Notes under the pieces: generated by a model
The model's database searches: none
Seen by the model: the letters and a program-made list of their open reading frames with translations, nothing else
What the model was told of the DNA's origin: nothing
Shown here: positions 9,628-17,645 of the stretch, in pieces
Numbering within the stretch: position 1 is the stretch's first letter
Layout: each line of letters begins with the position of its first letter
IMG/VR virus record: IMGVR_UViG_2778261160_000006
Coordinates: 1-22,782 of that record
From: a virus
Lineage: Duplodnaviria; Heunggongvirae; Uroviricota; Caudoviricetes
Direction: 5' to 3' (one strand)
DNA: 22,782 bases
Made by a program: the position numbers and the translations under genes

Positions 9628-10088
9628 GCTTTAGCCCTTCTTAGTAAATAGTGTGTAGGGCGACTGAAGGACCGAGTTTATGCTTTTTCGCATTGCTTTC
9701 AGTTAGTACACCGGTATCGCACCGGAAACAATCCTACGGCAAATTGGTTGTCTGACCTCTCGGTTTTTCGTGCATTAACCGATACCCACTACAGTCTCGG
9801 CGAAAGCTGCACACCCCCAGGGTGTACTGGTAGCACTCGGCACAGCCTAGCACGCCACTTTCTTCTCACTATCCAGTCTAATTTTATCCCCTAGTCAGAC
9901 ACTCAGATGTAGTGCTCCGCAGCGGCATGCGGGGGAATACAAAAACTCGGACAAAATTGGGCCCTCCTTTTTGAATCACTCGCGGGGATGTAGTTATTAA
10001 TACATGGAAAAAGATCTGTTTTCAAATCCAACATTATATGGTTTCAATACCACGGGGTGGCTATGTGTTTCTCATTGTTAATTGGAAT

Positions 10089-10412
10089 CTACTGTAATCG
10101 ATCCGAACGTAAATGCGGCAAAACTCGACTCCACTTATCATCCTGCCACGGCCGGAATTTTACATGTGCCGTTTCTCTGGCAAGGATTGCCTGTGCCTTA
10201 TTGAGTATCTGGGGATATTCTTGCTCGATAGAAGTGAAGCGACCAGCTTCACGATGCTCCGCAACCTGAAGAAGAGGAGTAACGTTCTGGTAGGTAATTA
10301 ACATCACATTCCCTGCTCGCCATAACCAGGCGAGTGTGCAAAGTTCGTTATCAGTGAATTGTTTTGTGATTGGGGATTGTTGAACTGCTAGAACGAGAAC
10401 GCCAGCATCCAT
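10089..10412 (-). CDS. Hypothetical protein, 107 aa, unknown function
   Basis: ORF MDAGVLVLAVQQSPITKQFTDNELCTLAWLWRAGNVMLITYQNV... immediately downstream of the serine recombinase gene; I recognise no family. Confidence 0.45.
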   Translation of the reverse strand: MDAGVLVLAVQQSPITKQFTDNELCTLAWLWRAGNVMLITYQNVTPLLQVAEHREAGRFTSIEQEYPQILNKAQAILARETAHVKFRPWQDDKWSRVLPHLRSDRLQ

Positions 10413-10523
10413 TGGCAGTCCCTATAGTAAAACCATAGCTCAGGACGCTTCGTTCAGGATAGATAATTTTATTGTACTTACCTAACTTTCTTACTATAGC
10501 ACGGTTGAAAAAGTGATTATTAC

Positions 10524-12050
10524 TCAAAAATAAACCTCACCATCAACCATATATTTGAGAGCACTTATCGCCTGCTGGGCGGATATTACTTTCATTAAAG
10601 GATAGTGTTTAAAAACAATGCCATTCATAAAATAGATATCACAGGTTTTATTATCCGTATTAATTATGATTTTTTCGAATGTTTTATAGGCAAGTGTACG
10701 GCATAACTCTCGTCCATTTTTACTGGTTAAGTCAATAGCATAAAAATCACTGAATGAATTTACACCTTTACTCTTCAAAGTTTTCAATGATACCGAAGCC
10801 CTTCTTAATTCCTTATCTAATAGTCTTATTTTCTCTGCTATAGCGGTAACTTCAGGCGCGACAGACAATGCAACGATTAAATTATTAATTTTCATCTGAA
10901 GCTCAATAATTTTTAACTCTAAAGTTTCATTAGCATCTTTCTTGTTTTCAACTGGTTGAATTTTGCTACAATTAAAAAGCAATTCATTAATGATATTATA
11001 ATCAACCAAATCTCTTTTTATTGATGGCCTGTCACATCGATGTAATCTTCTCATCGGACAAACATAATAGCCATGCAAACTTCCAGATACCGCATGAACA
11101 ATCATGGTATTACCACAAGCCTCACACTTCATAACTGTTCGAAGTAGATTTATTAGCATAGGATTCTTGCTACTATTGCTAATACCAAAAGGTGCCAACC
11201 GAATTTCCTGTACAGCGTAAAACAAATCATCTGATATGACTCTGGGATAATAGCCAGCGATTTCACTTATCCCTTTCCCTCTTGCACGATATGAAGGTAC
11301 GCATATACCTATCAGAGCTTTATTCGCTAATAATTTTTCAATTACAGAAGGTCCCCATGCACTTTCTTTTCCTGAGAAATTCTTTACAGCATGATCATTT
11401 AAATACTTGGCTATTGCATTCAATGAGCGCCTTTCCATCCTGAGTTTAAAAATTAGCTCAATAGTTTTCACCCTGTCGGGGTCTGGAACAAAAGCCGTTC
11501 TTTTGTCATCTAAGGAGAGCCATCTCGGACAAGACGCCGTCATAATCGTACCTGATTCCAGTGCATCCTGCCGTTTTTTCTTCCATGATAATTTAACCCG
11601 ACTTGACTTTATCTCGCTTTCTTCATTTGCCCTTTGTGCTATAAGTATGGCTTTTATTAATGAATATGGCTCATTCAAAGAGTCAATATTATAGACTGTA
11701 TTGTCGCAAAGAGTTATAACATCAATACCGTGATTCAAAATCAATTTCAGACGTTCAATCGCTTCACCGACTTTTTCTCTTGAAAGTCTGTCCAGACTTT
11801 CAACTAACAATGTAGTTCCTGGCAATATATAACCATGCTCTATAGCATCTAAAAATTCCGAAAAAGCTCCTGATTGTGCATGCTTTCCTTTGAATGCACT
11901 TAATCCTAAATCTTCATATGTTATGGTATCAAGATAATAATCACTATTTACCTTTAACCATTCAGCAATAAGTCTTCTCTGTCGGTTTAATGAGTCGCCA
12001 GACATCTGACCTGGTGATGAAAATCGCATATATGCTATGGCTTTTTTCAT
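10524..12050 (-). CDS. ybcK: Large serine recombinase (resolvase/invertase-type catalytic N-domain, recombinase domain and Cys-rich zinc-ribbon region), 508 aa
   Basis: N-terminal catalytic motif AIAYMRFSSPGQ with the nucleophilic Ser, a Cys cluster CEACGNT...YYVCP...HRC, and a C-terminal coiled coil. The gene is strongly AT-rich, and the length and sequence match DLP12 YbcK. Confidence 0.88.
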   Translation of the reverse strand: MKKAIAYMRFSSPGQMSGDSLNRQRRLIAEWLKVNSDYYLDTITYEDLGLSAFKGKHAQSGAFSEFLDAIEHGYILPGTTLLVESLDRLSREKVGEAIERLKLILNHGIDVITLCDNTVYNIDSLNEPYSLIKAILIAQRANEESEIKSSRVKLSWKKKRQDALESGTIMTASCPRWLSLDDKRTAFVPDPDRVKTIELIFKLRMERRSLNAIAKYLNDHAVKNFSGKESAWGPSVIEKLLANKALIGICVPSYRARGKGISEIAGYYPRVISDDLFYAVQEIRLAPFGISNSSKNPMLINLLRTVMKCEACGNTMIVHAVSGSLHGYYVCPMRRLHRCDRPSIKRDLVDYNIINELLFNCSKIQPVENKKDANETLELKIIELQMKINNLIVALSVAPEVTAIAEKIRLLDKELRRASVSLKTLKSKGVNSFSDFYAIDLTSKNGRELCRTLAYKTFEKIIINTDNKTCDIYFMNGIVFKHYPLMKVISAQQAISALKYMVDGEVYF

Positions 12051-12235
12051 GGTGACACCTGCTAACGTATGCTTTTATAAACCTTAGTGGTGGGATATAA
12101 TTTTTGTTTAATTTTTATTTAAAAAGACAATTAAGGTCACATTATCTTGAATATACAACAATAATCGTATTGCAATTTTCTTACGCCATAATCTTGAAAG
12201 CACAAAAGAACACATAAAAAAATAAAGACATTAAC

Positions 12236-12275
12236 AAAAAGCATAAAACGAGGCTCATATAAATATAAGAGCCTC
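12236..12275 (-). terminator. Rho-independent terminator downstream of emrE (GAGGCTC stem, AT-rich loop, U-tract)
   Basis: 7-bp perfect inverted repeat at 12250-12256 / 12269-12275 followed on the - strand by GTTTTATGCTTTTTG. Confidence 0.5.
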
Positions 12276-12306
12276 CATATTTTAGTCGTTTAGAAACAAA
12301 TTATTT

Positions 12307-12639
12307 TTAATGTGGTGTGCTTCGTGACAATAGATTAATAACCAACACACCGGCACAAATCAACATCATGCCTATAATGGCTGGCAGGTCCAGCCGTTGG
12401 CCGAAAAGTCCCCATGACAGTAAGCTAATCAGGACAATACCGACTCCTGACCAGATAGCATAAGCAATCCCTGTAGGAATATAAGCCAGCGTCTGAGCTA
12501 ATAACCAGAATGATGCACAATAACAAATAATTGTACCAACAGATGGCCATAACCGTGTAAAACCTTCTGAAAACTTCATTAAGGTTGTACCAATGACCTC
12601 TGCAAGTATTGCACCACCAAGATAAATATAAGGGTTCAT
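12307..12639 (-). CDS. emrE: Small multidrug resistance (SMR) efflux transporter EmrE, 110 aa
   Basis: MNPYIYLGGAILAEVIGTTLMKFSEGFTRLWPSVGTIICYCASFWLLAQTLAYIPTGIAYAIWSGVGIVLISLLSWG... has four TM helices and the conserved Glu14. The ORF-track N-terminal extension is probably not translated. Confidence 0.92.
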   Translation of the reverse strand: MNPYIYLGGAILAEVIGTTLMKFSEGFTRLWPSVGTIICYCASFWLLAQTLAYIPTGIAYAIWSGVGIVLISLLSWGLFGQRLDLPAIIGMMLICAGVLVINLLSRSTPH

Positions 12640-12798
12640 AGCATATTCTTTCCTGTTCAAACTGGAGAGAATTGTACTACAGTTTGAACTCAACTCACCT
12701 GTTTCATCATTGTGTACCCATTGATGTTCTTTTATATACCCTCAATACCCGTTTCATCGCGGCACTCTGGCGACACTCCTTAAAAATCAGATTCGTGC

Positions 12799-13008
12799 TC
12801 ACCTTTCCTTCCCGTTCTTCTCTGGTAGCGAACCGGTAATACACCGTTCGCCAGACCTTACCATCAACGACCAGGATTCCTGCCCGGCCATTTTAGCCGC
12901 AGCCTGATTTATGCTGGTTACGGTTGCGCCTGTTACCGCGGCAACGTCCTGCGCACAGAAGTTCTTATGAGTCCCCAGGTAATGAATAATTGCCTCTTTG
13001 CCCGTCAT
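12799..13008 (-). pseudogene. ren: ren fragment: lambda Ren N-terminal ~40 aa followed by unrelated sequence
   Basis: MTGKEAIIHYLGTHKNFCAQDVAAVTGATVTSINQAAAKMA matches the lambda Ren N-terminus, then homology ends at about 12890. The start overlaps the P stop (ATGA) as in lambda. Confidence 0.7.
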
Positions 13009-13706
13009 ACACTTGCTCCTTTCAGCCCAAACTTAGCTTTGATTTCTGCGATCTTCGCCAAAGCCTGTGCACGATTTAGAGGTCTACCGCCCATGACAGG
13101 AAGTTGTTTTACTGGTTCAGGTATAGCCTCACCACGGTTAATTCGCGCGATCATACAGGACAGTTCATCGGCAGCCTTGCGCCGTAATTCCGCGTCAGTC
13201 AGCGCATTGGCTCGCATGTTCTGGTACAGGTTGGTAACCAGCCAGTAGTGCGCGTTTGATTTCCACGGATAAGACTCTGCATCCGGATACAGCCCGCGCT
13301 TCCGGCAATACTCGTAAACCATATCAACCAGCTCGCTGGCGTTTGGCAGCCCGGCGGTAACGGATGCTTCTTCCCGGCACCAGGCGACAAACTGCCCGGG
13401 TGATGGCAGGAATGGTCGATTCTGCCGACGGGCTACGCGCATTCCTGCGTTAACCTGTTCCATTGTGGTGATCCCGTTTTCCCGGAAAGCCAGAACCCAC
13501 TGGCGGCGGATTTCGTTCAGTTCATTCTGGTCACGGTTAGCCAGGCTCGCCGGGAAAGTTGCCAGTAACTGCCTGAACACACCGTTGATGATCTGCGCTA
13601 CCTGCTGTACCTGTGGCTTTTCGTCGTACTGTTCCGGCATGTTGTTGGCGATCCGACGCATCTGCTCACAGTCAAAGTTAACCATTTGTGCGGCGATGTT
13701 TTTCAT
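13005..13706 (-). CDS. P: Replication protein P (DnaB helicase loader), 233 aa
   Basis: MKNIAAQMVNFDCEQMRRIANNMPEQYDEKPQVQQVAQIINGVF... is near-identical to lambda P over its full length. Confidence 0.93.
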   Translation of the reverse strand: MKNIAAQMVNFDCEQMRRIANNMPEQYDEKPQVQQVAQIINGVFRQLLATFPASLANRDQNELNEIRRQWVLAFRENGITTMEQVNAGMRVARRQNRPFLPSPGQFVAWCREEASVTAGLPNASELVDMVYEYCRKRGLYPDAESYPWKSNAHYWLVTNLYQNMRANALTDAELRRKAADELSCMIARINRGEAIPEPVKQLPVMGGRPLNRAQALAKIAEIKAKFGLKGASV

Positions 13707-14632
13707 AAATCCACCCCATAAATCCAGTCAGTGTTTGTCAGGTCCAGTTTTGATTTTCCGGCTGTCACTCCAGCCTGTTGCTTGTTACGGTTGATTTCGA
13801 GTTGGGTCCACTTGTCACGGAGTTTGGCCGGACTTAGCACGTTACCGGACCAGAAGTTGTCCTGGCATGCCCAGCGGAACAGCACGCACATGTCGCGGTG
13901 GTTACGTCCGTCACGTTCACGCATCAGGCGGATATCGTTAGCCCACCCTGCAAAATTCGGTTTTCTGGCTGATGGCGCGATGGTCTTCACCATGTCAAAC
14001 ATCCACTCTGCGGCGGTCAGGTCTTCTGCTGTCCCCCACTTGCTGCCGCTCTGAATCGCAGCATCCGGTTTCACCACAGGAAGGTCGTTTTCTGGCTGGT
14101 CAGAGTATTCGCCAGAATTCTCGGACGAATAAGGTTTTATATTGTCTTTTGTTAGTTTGTCTTTTGTGTTTACCTGATTCGGGTAAGTGCCTTTACCTGA
14201 TTTGGGTAAACTTTTCTTACCTGATTCAGGTAAATTTACCTCTTTCAGGTAAACTTTATTTTTCTTACCTGATTCGGGTAATGTTGACCATTCACTGACC
14301 ACATTATTAATGCCGATATTCCGCCCGCTCTGAATAAAAATCCCACGCTTTACCAGAACACTTTTTGCAGCAGAACACTTGTGCGGCAATATCCCGGTCA
14401 ACTCGGAAAGTTGCTCGTTGCTCACCCAATCCAGTTTTTTATTAAAGCCATATGTTTTGCGCATGACAGCCAGGAAGACCAGAAGCTGGTGCTGTGTTAA
14501 TCCGGCCAGCATCACAGCTTCCAGCAACTCATTTGCAATGCGCGTATAACCATCATCGAGATCTGCCACGCGCGGCTCCTTTTGTGCCGCATCCGGCACT
14601 GGAAAATTGAATATCTCAGCAGTGTTTGCCAT
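13703..14632 (-). CDS. O: Replication initiator O, 309 aa from MANTAEIFNF; lambda-type C-terminal domain with a divergent N-terminal iteron-binding domain
   Basis: The C-terminal ~180 aa (YPNQVNTKDKLTKDNIKPYSSENSGEYSDQPENDL...NTDWIYGVDL) are near-identical to lambda O, while the N-terminal domain is only partly similar. The ORF-track upstream extension is probably not translated. Confidence 0.88.
   Translation of the reverse strand: MANTAEIFNFPVPDAAQKEPRVADLDDGYTRIANELLEAVMLAGLTQHQLLVFLAVMRKTYGFNKKLDWVSNEQLSELTGILPHKCSAAKSVLVKRGIFIQSGRNIGINNVVSEWSTLPESGKKNKVYLKEVNLPESGKKSLPKSGKGTYPNQVNTKDKLTKDNIKPYSSENSGEYSDQPENDLPVVKPDAAIQSGSKWGTAEDLTAAEWMFDMVKTIAPSARKPNFAGWANDIRLMRERDGRNHRDMCVLFRWACQDNFWSGNVLSPAKLRDKWTQLEINRNKQQAGVTAGKSKLDLTNTDWIYGVDL
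14121..14281. repeat. ori: Replication origin inside O: five 17-bp iterons (TTACCTGATTCGGGTAA-like, at about 14170, 14193, 14217, 14236 and 14265) plus an adjacent AT-rich region (14121-14169)
   Basis: Direct repeats with internal dyad symmetry (TTACC...GGTAA) read directly from the sequence, followed in the O reading direction by an AT-rich stretch, the same layout as ori-lambda. Confidence 0.8.
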
Positions 14633-14718
14633 AATTCCTCCCGCAATGAGTGTGTTACGATTTGCACCTGAAAGTCGGTTCTGTTCCCGCAGACCGACTT
14701 TCGCCATTTTTGAACCTG

Positions 14719-15264
14719 TCATATTGCCCCCAGCATGGTGGTGACCATCGCCATCAATGGACCAGCCAGATCCGGGTCCACTCTAAACATCGACACAATG
14801 CCTTCACTCATCTCCTTCAGTTTCTGGTGGCGTGGTGCGTTGAGAATGACAGCCTGTTTTGCCTCACTGAGTTCCTTTTCCATTTCAGCCAACCTAGCCA
14901 TAAAGCTATCCTGCTCAACCAGGTAACCGCGATATTCCAGCGGTAGTACCGCCAGAATTGCCGGGGTCAGTTCACGCACGTTATTTCGGTATTTTTCAGA
15001 ATCGAATTTGTTATCGAGGAAGCGGAACAGCTTCTGGCGTGCACGGCTGACATCATCAGGGAAATCGATGGTGCCGCCGCCCTGCTCCCGATACTCATTC
15101 ACAATGAGTGCGGCAACAACATCCTGATTATCTGCAGCCGACCAGGCGCGGACGGCATCACGGATTTTTTCGTGGCCTGGAGCTTGTTTTGTTTGAGAAC
15201 GATTTATCACCGCAGTCGGGCTAAATCCGCTAGTCTGTTGGTATGTAAGTGGTTGCATAGTCAT
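14719..15264 (-). CDS. YdaT-like protein (CII functional analogue position), 181 aa
   Basis: It sits between the cro-like gene and O. The motifs EYREQGGGTIDFP and LTPAILAVLPLEYR resemble Rac prophage YdaT as I recall it; assignment is tentative. Confidence 0.55.
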   Translation of the reverse strand: MTMQPLTYQQTSGFSPTAVINRSQTKQAPGHEKIRDAVRAWSAADNQDVVAALIVNEYREQGGGTIDFPDDVSRARQKLFRFLDNKFDSEKYRNNVRELTPAILAVLPLEYRGYLVEQDSFMARLAEMEKELSEAKQAVILNAPRHQKLKEMSEGIVSMFRVDPDLAGPLMAMVTTMLGAI

Positions 15265-15288
15265 TGCCTTATCAGTTAACGCCGCAGT

Positions 15289-15516
15289 TTAGGCGGCAGA
15301 ATTACTCGCGTTAAACAATGGTGCGAGGTCGGGACGAATATCTGCTGGTTTAATCTTTCCACCAGTGGCTGAGACAATTTTCATTACATAGCGGGCATCA
15401 ATTCCGCCACCGTGTAGCCAACGCCAAACAGTGGGTTGGGCTACACCGCATAGATCTGCCAGTCGTTTTTGACTACCTGTAATACTGATTGCGAGTTGAA
15501 TGGTTTGATTTGTCAT
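15289..15516 (-). CDS. cro: Cro-like HTH regulator (Cro/YdaS type), 75 aa from the ATG
   Basis: Small HTH protein (LADLCGVAQPTVWRWLHGG) transcribed divergently from the repressor. The ORF track starts at an upstream TTG; an ATG with an AGGAA Shine-Dalgarno sequence is 6 nt downstream. Confidence 0.7.
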   Translation of the reverse strand: MTNQTIQLAISITGSQKRLADLCGVAQPTVWRWLHGGGIDARYVMKIVSATGGKIKPADIRPDLAPLFNASNSAA

Positions 15517-15626
15517 TATCAATTCCTATTGGTATTGCAACGAATAAATAATAGCAATGCGTATTAATCATAACAATAGCAAAACGTGTTTTGACCATCA
15601 ATACGCAAGCGTATAAATTAAAACTT
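15517..15626. promoter_or_regulatory. OR-like divergent control region: repeated AATAGCAA / TTGCTATT operator-like motifs, a putative pR on the - strand (-35 TTGTTA, 17 nt, -10 TATTAT) and a putative pRM on the + strand (-35 TTGACC, 16 nt, -10 ATAAAT) ending 8 nt before the cI ATG
   Basis: Read directly from the sequence. Similar ATAGC-containing motifs recur at the OL-like site at 17400-17450, and both regulators share the recognition-helix motif GVAQPT(V/I)WR. Confidence 0.55.
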
Positions 15627-16319
15627 ATGAAAAAAGAAACTCTTGCTGATCGCTTAAACCTAGCGATGGAACAATCTGGAATGTCTCAAGGCGCTCTTGC
15701 AAAGGCGTCTGGCGTAGCTCAACCCACAATCTGGAGACTGACAAGCGGCAACGCGCGCGGCTCAACAAAAATTGTTGAAATAGCTAATGCATTGGGTGTT
15801 CGAACAGAATGGCTCTCATCAGGCATAGGCCCGATGAGAAATGACGGTCAACAATTAGGGAAGCCTACTGCCAACCATCCCAAATACTTCAAGATTGACG
15901 TTCTTGATATAGAAGTGAGTGCCGGGCCGGGAGTCATCAACCGTGAGTTTGTAGAAGTTCTACGCTCGGTTGAGTACTCGTTTGACGATGCTCGTCACAT
16001 GTTCGATGGTAGGAAGGCAGAAAATATCCGCATCATTAACGTGCGTGGTGACAGCATGTCAGGAACGATCGAACCAGGTGATCTGCTGTTCGTTGATATC
16101 ACGGTTAAATCTTTCGACGGTGATGGCATCTATGCGTTTCTGTACGACGACACCGCCCATGTAAAGCGCCTGCAAATGATGAAGGATAAGCTGCTGGTTA
16201 TCTCTGATAACAAGAGCTACTCACCGTGGGACCCGATCGAGAAAGACGAGATGAACCGGGTGTTCATCTTCGGTAAGGTTATTGGGAGCATGCCCCAGAC
16301 GTACAGGAAACATGGATAA
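15627..16319 (+). CDS. cI: CI-like prophage repressor: N-terminal XRE-type HTH plus C-terminal LexA/S24 autopeptidase domain, 230 aa from MKKETL
   Basis: HTH MSQGALAKASGVAQPTIWRL, an Ala-Gly candidate cleavage site (EVSAGPG), the Ser nucleophile in VRGDSMSGTIEPGD and the Lys in HVKRL. The ORF-track TTG start at 15591 coincides with the putative -35 element. Confidence 0.85.
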   Translation: MKKETLADRLNLAMEQSGMSQGALAKASGVAQPTIWRLTSGNARGSTKIVEIANALGVRTEWLSSGIGPMRNDGQQLGKPTANHPKYFKIDVLDIEVSAGPGVINREFVEVLRSVEYSFDDARHMFDGRKAENIRIINVRGDSMSGTIEPGDLLFVDITVKSFDGDGIYAFLYDDTAHVKRLQMMKDKLLVISDNKSYSPWDPIEKDEMNRVFIFGKVIGSMPQTYRKHG

Positions 16320-16385
16320 TCAGTACTGTGCTGATGAGTCGTTTAGGGGATAGTAAATTTAATTAGAATTAGACGAGAGCGATTT

Positions 16386-17249
16386 ATGGATTGTGACGCT
16401 TTACAGGATATAAAAATCTCTCTTAGGTATGACGGAAAAGATGCTTTAAATCATGAAATAGATTTGAACTGCCTAGGAGAATCCCTAAAGGGTTTTTCTA
16501 AAGTTCTCTCAACAGCAGCTTCTTTCTCTGTTACACAAAAATATAGTAAATACATTAATTATCAGGAAGTTAAGGTTTACGCACGCGAAGCAAAAGCTAA
16601 CTGCTTTACTCTTGAAGCAGTTCTTAACTTCGCCACTCAGAACCAGTTGTTCTCGGGGATCGCCGCAACTATACTTGGCGCAATACTACAATATATTTTT
16701 GCGAGAAATTCTAACAAGAAAGATGAAATGAAAGCTTTGCAGCAGTCACTTGAAAAGGCCATAGAGGCACTAGGAAACAAGGATGCTGGAACCATTGATA
16801 AGTTGATCTCTTTGATTGACCGAATGGCTGTAGAGCTTCGCCCCTCTGTAAGGCAGGCAGTATCACCTATTGGTAATACTTGCGATCAGATAAGTGTTGC
16901 AACAAATGTTGACGGCTGCCTTCTAAAAGTTAACGAGAGAGATAAAGCTGAAATTGATAGGCTTGATGATGATGAAGTTCTCGGTCTTCGTGAGTATCGT
17001 GCTTTTCTTACAGAATTTGATGCACAAAATATGACAGCTAAAATAATTTTAGATGGTGATGACTCAAAAAAGAGAATCACTGCTGAAATTAGCGATCCAG
17101 CTGCAGGAAAGAAGAATAACCCGTATATTAGAGCTCTTAGTGCATATATATCAACCAAAGGTGATCCATCTGCAGTATTCACTATAACCGCAAAGGCTAC
17201 TGTTAAAAAAGGCCAGATAAACAGGTTATTTATTGTAGATGCGAAATGA
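16386..17249 (+). CDS. Hypothetical 287-aa protein in the rexAB position (directly downstream of cI, same strand); AT-rich, with one central hydrophobic segment and a predicted coiled-coil region; candidate lysogen-expressed exclusion or defence gene
   Basis: A clean ORF with markedly lower GC than cI, sitting 66 nt after the cI stop and followed by a strong intrinsic terminator. It has a hydrophobic stretch [19 protein letters not shown] and no similarity to RexA/RexB that I can see. Confidence 0.6.
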   Translation: MDCDALQDIKISLRYDGKDALNHEIDLNCLGESLKGFSKVLSTAASFSVTQKYSKYINYQEVKVYAREAKANCFTLEAVLNFATQNQLFSGIAATILGAILQYIFARNSNKKDEMKALQQSLEKAIEALGNKDAGTIDKLISLIDRMAVELRPSVRQAVSPIGNTCDQISVATNVDGCLLKVNERDKAEIDRLDDDEVLGLREYRAFLTEFDAQNMTAKIILDGDDSKKRITAEISDPAAGKKNNPYIRALSAYISTKGDPSAVFTITAKATVKKGQINRLFIVDAK

Positions 17250-17253
17250 TTTC

Positions 17254-17280
17254 CCCGGCCGTCGTGCCGGGTTTTCTTTT
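17254..17280 (+). terminator. Rho-independent terminator of the cI / 287-aa transcript (CCCGGC-loop-GCCGGG followed by TTTTCTTTT)
   Basis: Perfect 6-bp GC stem with a 6-nt loop and a T-tract, immediately after the 287-aa ORF stop. Confidence 0.65.
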
Positions 17281-17399
17281 GCCTCCCCTCATCACACACC
17301 GTTCAAAAAACCACCACAACCTCCCTTCAGTTATCGCTATGCGATGCAAGTCACAAAATTAATTCTTTTTGCTATCAAACAGTTAATATCAAAACACAT

Positions 17400-17455
17400 C
17401 AATCAATAGCTATAAGTATTGATAGCACCAATAGCAATAGCTATTATTACCATGT
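17400..17455 (+). promoter_or_regulatory. pL-like early-left promoter (-35 TTGATA at 17419-17424, 17-nt spacer, -10 TATTAT at 17442-17447) overlapping OL-like operator repeats (CAATAGCTAT, AATAGCAATAGCTATT)
   Basis: Near-consensus sigma-70 hexamers with ideal spacing, overlapped by the same ATAGC motif family found at OR, at the position expected for pL/OL relative to cI. Confidence 0.6.
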
Positions 17456-17645
17456 CGCAACAACACAACGATACGGCAACCACCTGATTCACCGTTGCGA
17501 TGACCGCTTAGATCCGCAGCTTGAATTTCGGCAGGCTCCGGGGAGTGCGAGGGGTGAAACGGACGCGTGAACGTCGGTGTGACCAGCTGAAATCAACTCA
17601 ACTCAACACCTCATACCTCAGTCGCTTCAACGAGGCGGCTTAGTT

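Noticed and set aside
9628-10088. Retron-like or type III antitoxin RNA in the ORF-free spacer
   Set aside because: There is no reverse transcriptase gene nearby and no tandem direct repeats of the ToxI type; only isolated inverted repeats, so this specific idea is unsupported. The region is still flagged as unexplained.
15591-15626. N-terminal extension of the repressor from a TTG start (MTINTQAYKLKL)
   Set aside because: The TTG is part of a TTGACC -35 element with an ATAAAT -10 downstream; the ATG at 15627 is the more plausible start.
17460-17500. Short ORF MSQQHNDTATT as a possible N-gene remnant
   Set aside because: Only 11 codons, not Arg-rich, and with no resemblance to N proteins; not reportable as a gene.
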